64,000 nt of DNA from Terriglobia bacterium (lineage in GTDB: Bacteria; Acidobacteriota; Terriglobia; Bryobacterales; UBA6623), in assembly GCA_963824095.1 (NCBI GenBank), contig CAWGNS010000009.1, positions 348,272 to 412,271 on the forward strand, given 5' to 3'. Numbering within the stretch: position 1 is the first letter of the stretch; the number at the start of each line of letters is the position of its first letter. The notes below the pieces were generated by a model that saw only the letters and a program-made list of their open reading frames with translations, did not search any database and was not told where the DNA came from. The position numbers were made by a program, and so were the translations under genes. Below, in pieces: positions 1 to 8,821 of the stretch.

Positions 1-197
1 GCCTGTCGGCCGGAGCGAAGCGGAGGCCCTACGGGCATGCGCCAGTCGCCCAGTCCCGCGCCAGTTGTGTCCCGAGGCAACACTTGTGTCTCGGGTCAAA
101 ATGCAAGACCAGGAGGATACGGCGTCAGCGCCTGCGCCTGGGTGGGTACGAACGCTGCCTCTGGATGGGTACAAACGCAAGGGGCCGCCTGGCGGCG

Positions 198-248
198 GAG
201 ACAGGCGAGAGCGCCTGTCTCTACAAGGACAGACAAGATTGTCTGTCC
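198..248. repeat. repeat family B: two adjacent perfect hairpins/palindromes
   Basis: gagacaggcg-agag-cgcctgtctc (198-221, 10-bp stem) then ggacagacaa-ga-ttgtctgtcc (227-248). The same units recur at 2724, 34552, 54711, 56893 and in arrays at 49586 and 57757. Confidence 0.8.
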
Positions 249-388
249 CACCACTTTGTCTCTTTTCTCGAGATGTCCAGCCAAAGAACAAGGGCGGAAG
301 CCCCAGCGCGCCCGCTGAAAATCTGGGTACTTCCGCCCTGCTTCTGGACAGCGCCAAAGGCCCTGCCCAAACTCGAAATCCCTTGCGT

Positions 389-1288
389 CTAACGGCTCGC
401 CATCTGCACCTTCGGACGTGCCAGGTAACCGCTGACGCTGTTCTTTTCCACCTTCGTGATCACCAGCTCGTAAGGCTGGGCCGTCTCGCCCATGTAGAAC
501 ATCACGGGCTCTGCCGCTTGGCGGTCCTTCTTGACGAACGTCTTGTCGTCCGCCAGGATTTCCACCGTGAACTTGTTGCGCTTCATGTCGGTGTCGCGCA
601 AACGAAGTTGGATATCGGCGACGCGCTGCATCTGTTTCGACTTGGTCAGCCGGAAGCGCACGTGATCGCGCTCCGACAGCCGCCGCAGCGAAGCGATCTC
701 CGAGCGGTTGTCGTCCACCATGCCGCTGATCTCGCTGACGTCGTCGGTGGTCTGGTCCAGCAAAGAAGCGGTTTCGTAGAGGTGAGCGTTGGCATCCTCG
801 ACGTCGGCCTTCATGCCCAGCAGGTCGTTGCGGACGACCTGGACTCCTGTGTTGGCCTCGTCGGCGGCGCTGCGAGCGTCGTGAATCCCGCCCATAAGCT
901 CTTCTTGCTGGCGTTGTTGTTGTTGGGTCAGATTTTTCGCCACCTGGTCGGCACGGCGGCTGGCTTCGCGCTGCGCCCGCCCGGCGGCTTCCTTCCGGGC
1001 GTCTTCAATCTGTTGGCGCAGGTTTTCCAATTCGCGCCGGGCCTGCCCGGCGTGGAGGTTCGTGCTCTCCTCCACCCCGCCGATCTGCTGTCGCATGGTC
1101 GATTGCAAGCTTTCGGTTTCCGTCTGCAAGCTGTCGACTCGCGAGATCAGATAAACGTTACCGACAGCCAGCGCGGCAATCACCACGCCCAGGAAGATTC
1201 CTTTGCCTTTGGAACTCTTGGGCGGTTGGTAAGGCTCGGTGTGTTCGGAATGAATCGTCATTTCAGAGTCTGCGTTGAACAGCGACAT
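389..1288 (-). CDS. membrane-anchored coiled-coil protein of unknown function
   Basis: In ORF 389..1330(-). Start moved to ATG 1288 (MSLFNADSEM) because GGGAGG lies 9 nt upstream. One TM helix (IFLGVVIAALAVGNVYLI), a long Q/E/R-rich coiled-coil-like segment and a beta-rich C-terminus. No family recognised. Confidence 0.6.
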   Translation of the reverse strand: MSLFNADSEMTIHSEHTEPYQPPKSSKGKGIFLGVVIAALAVGNVYLISRVDSLQTETESLQSTMRQQIGGVEESTNLHAGQARRELENLRQQIEDARKEAAGRAQREASRRADQVAKNLTQQQQRQQEELMGGIHDARSAADEANTGVQVVRNDLLGMKADVEDANAHLYETASLLDQTTDDVSEISGMVDDNRSEIASLRRLSERDHVRFRLTKSKQMQRVADIQLRLRDTDMKRNKFTVEILADDKTFVKKDRQAAEPVMFYMGETAQPYELVITKVEKNSVSGYLARPKVQMASR

Positions 1289-1670
1289 TTGTCGTTGCCT
1301 CCCTGTTAATCCGTTTTCCGCGAGAACCACCGAGCTCGGTTATTCGATGTACGCCAGGAAGGTACGCAATTGCCATGCCACATTGCGCGGAGTGCCACCA
1401 AGCGCCTCGCGGGCAGCGGCTAACTGACTGTCGTAGAAATACTTAAGGGGCTGCAGGCGATGCGCCGTTAGCGGCCCGGGCGAGCCGGGGCCTTAGACGC
1501 CAAACACCGCCCGCCGGGCATTTATGACGGCAAGCGGCGAAAAACTTACGCGGTCTTAATCGCCCTATCTGTGGAAAAACAAACTACGCCGCGAGAATTC
1601 GATCCCCCCTCGGAGGCGGGCCGGGTTGGGGCGCGCGGCCTTGTTGTGGTGGCTGCTCGGCAAGCGCCGG

Positions 1671-2660
1671 TCATTTGTTGCTCATCGCCGGCTCGAACGG
1701 CAACGGAATTTCGCTCGACCGCAAGTGCAGATCGCGTTGCGGGAAGGGAATCTCGATGTCGTGATGCCGGAACGTCTCGAAGATCGAAAAATACAGCTCG
1801 CTGCGCATCACCTGCGGCGTTTGTACCTGCTTTTCGGTCCACACGCGAAGCTCGAAATCGAGCGAGCTGTCGCCGAATCCCCGGAAAATCACGTCGGGCG
1901 GGGGCTGCTTGAGCACGTCGGGATGGTGGCGCGCGACTTCGATCAGAACCTGGCGCACCTGGGCCGGGTCGCTGTTGTAGGAGACGCCCAGCGCCACCGC
2001 GATGCGCACGCGGCGGTCATTCGCCGTCCAGTTGGTGACGCGGCCTTCGATGAACTCGCTGTTGGGAACGATGATCACGACGTTGTCGTTGGTGCGAACC
2101 CAGGTGGCGCGCCCACCGATCTGAATGACGTCTCCCAGCAGCGCCTCCAGTTGCACGCGGTCGCCGACTTTCACCGGGTTTTCGAACAGCAGGATCAACC
2201 CCGACGCGAAGTTCTTGGCGATCGTTTGCAAGCCCAGGCCGATACCGATGCCGATGGTGCCTCCCAACAAAGCCAGGCTTGTCAGGTTGATCCCTTGCGA
2301 CTGCAGCCCGATCAGCAGGCCGACCGTGAAGATGAAATAGCCCGAGATCTTCTCGATCGCAAACCTCTGCCCGGGGCCGAAGGAGGAGTACTTGAGCACG
2401 CGAGTTTGCAGCAGCCGCCGCCCAAAGCGCGACAGCATGGTGAGTAAAACCACGAAGATAAACCACTTGATGAGTACGGCGGGAGTGATCGGCAGGTTGC
2501 CCACGGTGAAGTAAGGCTGCGACCAAAGGTCGCGCACATCGCCGCTCACCGAATTCACCATCCGGGGCAGGCTGAAAGGACTATAGAGCCGCCAGGCGAT
2601 CATCGCCGCCAGCGTGAGCGCGAACCAGATCAAAGCCCGAGCGCCTTTGGAAACCGTCAT
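1671..2660 (-). CDS. mechanosensitive ion channel, MscS family
   Basis: ORF 1671..2888(-). Start moved to ATG 2660 (MTVSKGARAL), GGAGGTGG upstream. TM helices then an MscS-type segment GGTIGIGIGLGLQTIAKNFASGLILLFENPVKVGDRV...IIVPNSEF. Confidence 0.85.
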   Translation of the reverse strand: MTVSKGARALIWFALTLAAMIAWRLYSPFSLPRMVNSVSGDVRDLWSQPYFTVGNLPITPAVLIKWFIFVVLLTMLSRFGRRLLQTRVLKYSSFGPGQRFAIEKISGYFIFTVGLLIGLQSQGINLTSLALLGGTIGIGIGLGLQTIAKNFASGLILLFENPVKVGDRVQLEALLGDVIQIGGRATWVRTNDNVVIIVPNSEFIEGRVTNWTANDRRVRIAVALGVSYNSDPAQVRQVLIEVARHHPDVLKQPPPDVIFRGFGDSSLDFELRVWTEKQVQTPQVMRSELYFSIFETFRHHDIEIPFPQRDLHLRSSEIPLPFEPAMSNK

Positions 2661-2723
2661 CGACTGCCACCTCCGCGCTCCAACATAGCAGCTTCTTTCG
2701 CAGCCCTCCAAAGGCCCCAGTGA

Positions 2724-2743
2724 CACGGACAATCCTGTCTGTG
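2724..2743. repeat. repeat family B single copy
   Basis: cacggacaatcctgtctgtg, imperfect palindrome related to ggacagacaagattgtctgtcc. Confidence 0.6.
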
Positions 2744-2874
2744 ATAACCGCCCCGTAATCCAATCCGCGCACCGCCGAAACGAACAACTCGCAACAACAG
2801 AGCCGCAGCCGAAACAGGCCGCGGAAAATGGGCATTGAGGTCCGGCCGTGGCATCCTCCAGCACAGCTTCGGTG

Positions 2875-2957
2875 GTGTGGGGCCCCACGTCGCGACGAAT
2901 CGCGACGCGGCAAACCTGGAGGTTCGCGCCAGGGGTGCGGTCTCTTGCCTCTGTGCC
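2875..2957 (+). repeat. repeat family A (about 80 nt dispersed intergenic element), copy 1
   Basis: gtgtggggccccacGTCGCGAcgaaTCGCGACgcggcaaacctggaggttcgcgcc...ctctgtgcc. Close matches at 20412, 38498, 58912 (opposite orientation) and a partial at 40622. Confidence 0.85.
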
Positions 2958-3259
2958 TCAAGCCCCCACCCAAGAGCCGCCCCCACCCCGTCCCAGGGGA
3001 CTGCCCTACTCCGTTTAAGGTCTTCGCCCAAATTACACTGCGCCGTTGGGGGGACCACAATCGAGAAAGGGCAAGGAAGTTGTGCGGCAGCCGGGCGCCT
3101 GCGTGCGCCCTATCGGTAACCCTTCCTCGAGCCGCGTGCTATGGCCGCAAGTCCCAGGGTTGTCCGTACGCTTCCCGAGGAGTCCTACAGGCGTTCCCGG
3201 CAATCTCCGCCCCAGACCCATGGCGGACAAACTCCGCCCGCGACCGAACGTCAGGCCCG

Positions 3260-4045
3260 ATGGTGCTGGATAACGTCATCCCGCGAAGCCCGCAACCCGA
3301 GCTGGAGCGCCCCAAGGCCCGCCGCCGCGGCATTCTCGCGGCCTGCGGCGCGCTAGCCCTATTGGCCGGCGGCTGGTCCCCCGCGCGGGCCGGTACCCCC
3401 GGAAGGGCCGAGATCCACGGCGCCATCCGCATCACCAAGCGCCTTACCAAACGTCCCGTGGCGCCGGTCTCCACTGCCTATCACCGCGGCGTCACCGTGC
3501 AGCCGCCGAGTTCCGACGAAGACTTCGTAAAGGCCGAGCTGGACCGCGTCGCCATTTACCTGGAGAGCGAGCAGTCTCTCCCCAGCGCCCCCAGAACCGC
3601 GACCTTGCAGCAAAAAGACCGCAGCTTCGTGGAAGACACGGTCGTCATCCCGGCCGGGTCGACCGTCTCCTTCCCCAACCTCGACCCGATCTTCCACAAC
3701 GTGTTCTCACTCTCGCGTGCGAAGTCGTTCGACCTGGGCAACTATCCCCAGAACCATACGCGCACGGTCACCTTTCCCAGGCCGGGCATCGTGCGCGTCT
3801 ACTGCCATCTCCACCCCAACATGAGCGCGTCGATCGTGGTCACGCCCAATCGCTGGGCCGTCAAGCCCGACGACCAGGGAAACTTCCGCCTCAGCGACGT
3901 GCCGCCGGGCAGGCACACGGTGGTGGTGTGGCACAAGTCGGCCGGATTCTTTCAGGAACCCGTCACTCTGACGGCGGGCCAGAGCGTCGAGTTGGACTTC
4001 ACGATTCCGGTGGGGGCCAGCTCGCCGTCCCACGCGGAGCCATGA
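3260..4045 (+). CDS. Tat-signal periplasmic cupredoxin-like protein with C-terminal CarboxypepD_reg-like beta-sandwich
   Basis: ORF 2828..4045(+). The 5' part runs through repeat A1, so start placed at ATG 3260. RRRGILAACGALALLAGG twin-arginine-like signal. Candidate type-1 Cu ligand pattern FHNVF...CHLHPNM. C-terminal GNFRLSDVPPGRHTVVVWH. Confidence 0.6.
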   Translation: MVLDNVIPRSPQPELERPKARRRGILAACGALALLAGGWSPARAGTPGRAEIHGAIRITKRLTKRPVAPVSTAYHRGVTVQPPSSDEDFVKAELDRVAIYLESEQSLPSAPRTATLQQKDRSFVEDTVVIPAGSTVSFPNLDPIFHNVFSLSRAKSFDLGNYPQNHTRTVTFPRPGIVRVYCHLHPNMSASIVVTPNRWAVKPDDQGNFRLSDVPPGRHTVVVWHKSAGFFQEPVTLTAGQSVELDFTIPVGASSPSHAEP

Positions 4046-5736
4046 CCGTGCCCTTCGCAGTCCGGGTGTTCGTGCTCTCGTTCGCGCCGCTGTGCATGCT
4101 GCTGATCGGCAGCTTCTGGTCCATCCAGTACATGGTCGGCCAGCAGGTCAAAAACGGCCTGCGCAACTCGCTGCGCCAGAGCCACGCCTTCGTCTCGCGC
4201 GTGCGCACCAACTACGAGCTGCAAAACAGCCGCCTGCTCACCGTGCTCGCCGAAAACCCCAGCCTCAAGGCTGGCTTCGACCTGGTGCGGCTGGAGCGCG
4301 ACAATCGCGGCGCGCAGCGCACGCTCGAAGATCAGTTGCACGAGCTGAGCGAATCGCTGGGCTTCGACCTGATGGCGGCCGCCGACACCAACGACCGGCT
4401 GCAGGCCGGCGTCGTGCGCGTCCGCGGCCAGCTCACCCACATCGACCTCGACCGCGCCCCGCCACTCAAGGAGGGCGCCGTTTCCTTCGGCGACTCGATC
4501 TACGTGCTGGCCCGCATTCCGGTCAACCTCGAGCACGAGAGCCTCGGCAGCCTGTTCGTCGGGCGCGTCTTCGACGTCTCGGAGTTCACCACCCCCACCG
4601 TGCTGACGCATGACGGCAAGGTGGTGCTGTCGAACCTGCCGGGCGTCCGCGCCGCCGAGCTGGAAAGCGGGCTGCAGCCGTGCTCTCCGCAGGAGGAATG
4701 CGAGGTCTCGCTGCGCAACGAAACCTATCTTTGCCTGCCGCTGGAAAGCATCCGCCTGGGGGACGGCTACGTGCTGCGCAGCCTGCAGTCGGTCGACGCC
4801 GCCAGCCGGCCGCTGCGCGCCGTGGTGCAGCAGGTGTTTCTGGTGGCCGGGACGCTCGCGCTGCTGGCGGTCTCGGTGCTGTCGCTGCTTTCCTCCAAGG
4901 GCATCGTCAAGCCTCTCACGGGTCTGATCACGCGATTAAGAGAAAGCGAAAGCAGCGGCGTGCTGCCGACCTTCGAAACCTCCTCGTCGACGCGCGAGGT
5001 GAATCAGTTGGTCGACGCTTTCAACCGCGCCGCAACCGCCATCACCGACGCCCGCCAGCGGCTGAGCTTCGCCTACCGCGAATTCACGCAGTCGCTTTCG
5101 AGCGCCATCGACGCCCGCGACGTCTACACCGCCGGCCATAGCCGCCGCGTCTCGACCTACGCCGTCGCGATCGCGCGCGAGATGAAACTGCCCGACGAGG
5201 AACTCGAAATCATTCGCGAAGGAGCCTTGCTGCACGACGTCGGCAAGATCGGCATCTCCGACCGCGTGCTGCAAAAGCCCGGCAATCTCTCGCCCGAGGA
5301 ATTCGAGTTGATCCGGCGCCACCCGCTGATCGGCCGCCGTATCATCGAGCGCGTCGAAGGTCTCGCGCCTTACTTGAACATCGTCGAGCTGCACCACGAG
5401 AACTATGACGGTACCGGCTACCCCTGGCAGTTGGTGGGCGAAAAGACGCCGCGCGACGCGCGTGTCATCCACGTCGCCGACGCCTACGACGCGATGACCT
5501 CCGACCGCCCCTACCGCAAGGGCATGAAGCCCGATCAGGCCCTGAGCATTCTCAAGGCCAACGCCGGAACGCAATTCGATCCCGACGTCGTCGCCGCTTT
5601 CGTGCGGCTGCACGGCCGCGTTGTGCAAGACGAAAAACGCTCCGCCGAAACGCCCTATGAGCCCGACCTCGACCGCCTGAGCCGCGCGCTGGGTTCGGCC
5701 GCCGATGTCGACGCCACCAAGGAGCTCATGTCATGA
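4042..5736 (+). CDS. HD-GYP domain c-di-GMP phosphodiesterase with periplasmic sensor domain and HAMP
   Basis: ATG 4042 overlaps the upstream stop (ATGA). Two TM helices flank a ~260-aa extracytoplasmic region. HD-GYP signature HDVGKIGI...HHENYDGTGYP...HVADAYDAMTSDRPYR. Confidence 0.85.
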   Translation: MTVPFAVRVFVLSFAPLCMLLIGSFWSIQYMVGQQVKNGLRNSLRQSHAFVSRVRTNYELQNSRLLTVLAENPSLKAGFDLVRLERDNRGAQRTLEDQLHELSESLGFDLMAAADTNDRLQAGVVRVRGQLTHIDLDRAPPLKEGAVSFGDSIYVLARIPVNLEHESLGSLFVGRVFDVSEFTTPTVLTHDGKVVLSNLPGVRAAELESGLQPCSPQEECEVSLRNETYLCLPLESIRLGDGYVLRSLQSVDAASRPLRAVVQQVFLVAGTLALLAVSVLSLLSSKGIVKPLTGLITRLRESESSGVLPTFETSSSTREVNQLVDAFNRAATAITDARQRLSFAYREFTQSLSSAIDARDVYTAGHSRRVSTYAVAIAREMKLPDEELEIIREGALLHDVGKIGISDRVLQKPGNLSPEEFELIRRHPLIGRRIIERVEGLAPYLNIVELHHENYDGTGYPWQLVGEKTPRDARVIHVADAYDAMTSDRPYRKGMKPDQALSILKANAGTQFDPDVVAAFVRLHGRVVQDEKRSAETPYEPDLDRLSRALGSAADVDATKELMS

Positions 5737-5752
5737 CCGGGGGCCGCCTGTC

Positions 5753-6835
5753 ATGAAACCGCGAGCGGCTGCCTGCCTGGCCGTTTTGCTCTGGCCGCTG
5801 CTCGTGCCGGCCCAGGAAAGCGTCGCCGGCTTCGAGATGCCGCTCACCCTCAGCGGCGGCGCGTTCGTCACCGAGCGCACCGAGCAGCCGCCCCGCTCGG
5901 CCTCGAGCTTCACCGCGGGCACGCGCCTGGTCGCCTACCCGACCTTGCGCCTCAACGAGCACTGGTTTTTCTCGGGCGCCGTGCAGTTCCACTCGCGCCC
6001 TTACTATTTTCAGGAACTGGGGACGCAAGGCTACGGCGCCGAGGTCGACGTGCTGCAGGCCTACGCCGGATACGAGCGTTTCTGGGGACGCAACGTCGTC
6101 ACGATTCGCGCCGGGCAGCTCACCTCGGCCTTCGGATCGTTCCTGCTGCGCTACGACGACGCCGTCAATCCGCTGATCGATCTGCCGCTTTCCTACGGCT
6201 ACTACACTTCGCCGGTGACGAACCTGGGACTGGTGGGCGCGCAGGCCGACGTTACCCTCAACCACCTCGACCTGCGGGCGCAGTTCACCAACAGCTCGCC
6301 CGCCAATCGCCGCAGCATCTTCGACCCCGACCAATACGGCACCTGGACCGGCGGCGTCGGCTACACGATTGTGCAAGGCCTGCGCGTCGGCGTCTCCGCG
6401 TATCGAGGCCCCTACCTCGATCGCGAATTCCCCTTCTATTTCCCCGGCGAGCGCCCGCCGAAAGAACTGCCGGCCAGCGGCTACGGCCTCGAAGGCGAAA
6501 TGGCGCGCGGCCACTGGAACTTTCACGCCGAGGCGCACCGCTTTCAGAGCGCCTACAAAGCGATTCCGACCGTCAACCGTTTCTTCGCCTACGGAGAAGC
6601 CCAATACGCCTTCCGCCCGCGCTGGTATGCCGCGGTGCGCGTCAACCACGGCCACTCGAACGTATCGCGCGACCAGAACGTCTACGAATTCGCCATCGGC
6701 TACCGCCCCAACCGCTTTCAACTCGTTAAAGTCGGCTATGAACTCGTCAAAGGCTCGCCGCGCGATGGGGCCCCCGGAGACGTCTTCGCGATTCAACTGG
6801 TGACGACCCTGAGGCCGATCTCCAAAGCCTGGTGA
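5753..6835 (+). CDS. putative outer-membrane beta-barrel protein
   Basis: ORF 5705..6835(+), start at ATG 5753 (MKPRAAACLAVLLWPLLVPAQE signal peptide). Alternating beta-strand pattern rich in Y/G/R, terminal aromatic (..ISKAW). 17 nt after the HD-GYP stop. Confidence 0.55.
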   Translation: MKPRAAACLAVLLWPLLVPAQESVAGFEMPLTLSGGAFVTERTEQPPRSASSFTAGTRLVAYPTLRLNEHWFFSGAVQFHSRPYYFQELGTQGYGAEVDVLQAYAGYERFWGRNVVTIRAGQLTSAFGSFLLRYDDAVNPLIDLPLSYGYYTSPVTNLGLVGAQADVTLNHLDLRAQFTNSSPANRRSIFDPDQYGTWTGGVGYTIVQGLRVGVSAYRGPYLDREFPFYFPGERPPKELPASGYGLEGEMARGHWNFHAEAHRFQSAYKAIPTVNRFFAYGEAQYAFRPRWYAAVRVNHGHSNVSRDQNVYEFAIGYRPNRFQLVKVGYELVKGSPRDGAPGDVFAIQLVTTLRPISKAW

Positions 6836-6862
6836 ATTGCCCAAAACCGACAGGGTGCTCGA

Positions 6863-6944
6863 GGGGAACAGTCACCGCGTTTCGCACCTGAGGTTTTCAG
6901 AGGCTTACAGGATTCGCGGGGTGCGAAGCACGGTGACTGTCCCC
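6863..6944. repeat. repeat family C: two inverted copies forming a long hairpin
   Basis: ggggaacagtcaccgcgtttcgcacc (6863-6888) against ggtgcgaagcacggtgactgtcccc (6920-6944). Unit GGGGACAGTCACCGTGYTTCGCRCCCCGCGAATCCTG also at 47202 and 17431. Confidence 0.8.
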
Positions 6945-6966
6945 CTCAGGCAAAGCCGCGAACTCA

Positions 6967-6998
6967 ACAAACAGAGCCGCAGGCGTAAGCCCGCGGGC
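6967..6998 (+). repeat. repeat family D copy
   Basis: aacaaacagagccgcaggcgtaagcccgcgggc. Inverted partner at 7130-7166. Related copies at 33682, 38690, 49492, 51843, 53181, 53260. Confidence 0.75.
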
Positions 6999-7129
6999 CG
7001 AGTCGCCACAGAAGCCAGGGGCGAAGCGCCGCGAACTTGTTTCCGCCAACATTGCCAACGCGCCAGAAACCGGCATGGGGTTCTGCTGCGCCCCCCACAG
7101 CCGCAGGAGTTCGTAACCGCCCGGGGGCT

Positions 7130-7166
7130 TCCGCCCGCGGCTCTGTCTCGTTGTTTGTGGCGACGG
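7130..7166 (-). repeat. repeat family D copy (inverted relative to 6967)
   Basis: ccgggggcttccgcccgcggctctgtctcgttgtttg is the reverse complement of the caaacaacgagacagagccgcgggcggaagccc type. Confidence 0.75.
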
Positions 7167-7203
7167 TGCGGCAGGCCGGCGACGGTGCGGCAGGCCCCGG
7201 GCC

Positions 7204-8514
7204 TCAAGGCGATCCTACGAATTGCCCCGCCTGACCGCGAGCCGCGATGCTCCGTAGATGATCAACCCCAGTACGGCGGCGATCCCGGCGTCGCGAGCCT
7301 GCCCGGCGGTGGCGTTCGACGCCAGCCAGGCGATCAGCAGCAGCGAGACGACGCACACCGCGGTTCCCGCCGGCGTCCGGAATCGCGCCGGCGACGCCCC
7401 GGGCGTGCGGCGCAACACCGGCAAGGCCAGGCAGGTCGTGGCATAGGCCACCAGCCGCGCCAAGCACACTCACCGTTGCGGCGTAGGCGAAGGTTCCCGT
7501 CAGCGTGAGCCCCAGCATGATCGCCGCCGTCGCAACGATCGCGTTGTGCGGCGTGTGAAAGCGGCGATGCGTGGCGGCGACGAAGCGCGGCAGTTCGCGC
7601 CGCTCGGCCATCGCGAACGGCAGCCGCGGCGACACGAGCATCGCTACGTTAAGATTGCCGAAAATCGAAATCAGGGCCCCGGCGGAAAGAATCGTTGCGC
7701 CCAAGGGCCCCAGGAAGCGTCCGGCGGCGTCGGTCAGCGGCCGGCTCGAAGTGGCCAGTTCGGGCAGCGTGCCGACCGCGACGAGTTGGATCAGCAGGTA
7801 GAACAAGCACACCACCGCCAGGCCCAGCAGCAGCGCGCGCGGCAGATCGTGCATCGGGTCGCGCTGCTCGCCGCTGGGGATCGCCGCCATCTCGAAACCC
7901 GTGAAAGCGTACACCAGCAACAGCACGGAGACCGAAAAATCACCGTATCCGGGAAGCGCGCCAAGAGCCAGCCGCGCCGGGTCGATAAAGAAGCAACCCG
8001 CGGCGATGAACAGCGTCAGCGGGACGAGTTTCGCCGCCGTCATCACGTTGCTGAGCACCGCCGCGTCGCGTACGCCCACCACATTGACGACCGTCAGCAC
8101 GACGATGACGACCGTGATGATCGTCACTCGTAATACCCCTGTTTCCGCCGCCGGAACAAAGAAAGCGAGGTAGGAGACCAGCAGGTTGCAGTTGGCCGCA
8201 AAGCCAGTCACCCGCGCGATCCAGGTCATCCAGCCGACCTCGAAACCCGCCAGCGGACCGAACGCCGCCCCGGCATACAAATACGGGCCGCCGGTATCGC
8301 CAAAGCGGCTGCTTACCTCGGCGAAGCACAGCACGATCATCACGACCGCGAGCCCGCAGACCACAAATGCAATCAGGCTATAGGAGCCGATCAGCGCGAA
8401 TACCTTGGACGGCAAACCGAAGATGCCGGCGCCGATGACGGCATTGATGGTCAGCGCGATCAGGTCCCATCTGCGGATCGCGCGCAGCAGACCTTCGCGG
8501 GTTGGTTGTTCCAT
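7204..8514 (-). pseudogene. APC-family amino acid permease with apparent frameshift near 7462-7470
   Basis: ORF 7204..8565(-), start ATG 8514 (MEQPTREGLLRAIRRWDLIALTINAVIGAGIFGLP). After ...TFAYAATVS this frame becomes Arg/Gly-rich noise. The permease-like C-terminus (ARLVAYATTCLALPVLRR...) continues in ORF 7215..7469(-), offset by 1 nt. Confidence 0.7.
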
Positions 8515-8821
8515 GGGTAATTCAGAGCGGGTAGTGCCACATGAGGCTGGGCGACGCTTCGGCAAGGTTCAAGACCCGGCGCCGCGTGCCGAGGACTGGC
8601 ATTGTACCGTGACGGAAGGATTCAGGCGGGAACAAATGCCGGCGGGGGGAAGAAGAAGTAGGAGGGTAACCCCGATCGAAGCCGAAGTCCCATCCAGTGG
8701 CGCGGCCCCGAATCCGACGTTCCCCAAGGGCCCACGAAAAACTCCAACGACAGCCAACAAAAACGCCAGGCACAAACACGAGCACCGCCAGTTCCGTCGG
8801 CGGACACACGGTCCAGCCCGG

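Noticed and set aside
1338-1480. Short minus-strand ORF ending ...LKYFYDSQLAAAREALGGTPRNVAWQLRTFLAYIE* between the coiled-coil gene and MscS
   Set aside because: It spans only ~46 codons between stops, has no ATG/GTG with an SD, and has no recognisable family. It may be a gene remnant, but the evidence is insufficient.
2828-3259. The long N-terminal extensions offered by the ORF track (e.g. 2828..4045, 22860..23507, 51925..53367, 57889..58956, 36151..36900)
   Set aside because: The extensions translate dispersed repeat elements (the recurring peptides RRDESRRGKPGGSR, WGRPEACP, INRSTDQPIN, DRQDCLSH appear in many unrelated ORFs). Starts were therefore moved to the first ATG/GTG after the repeat that has a signal peptide or SD.
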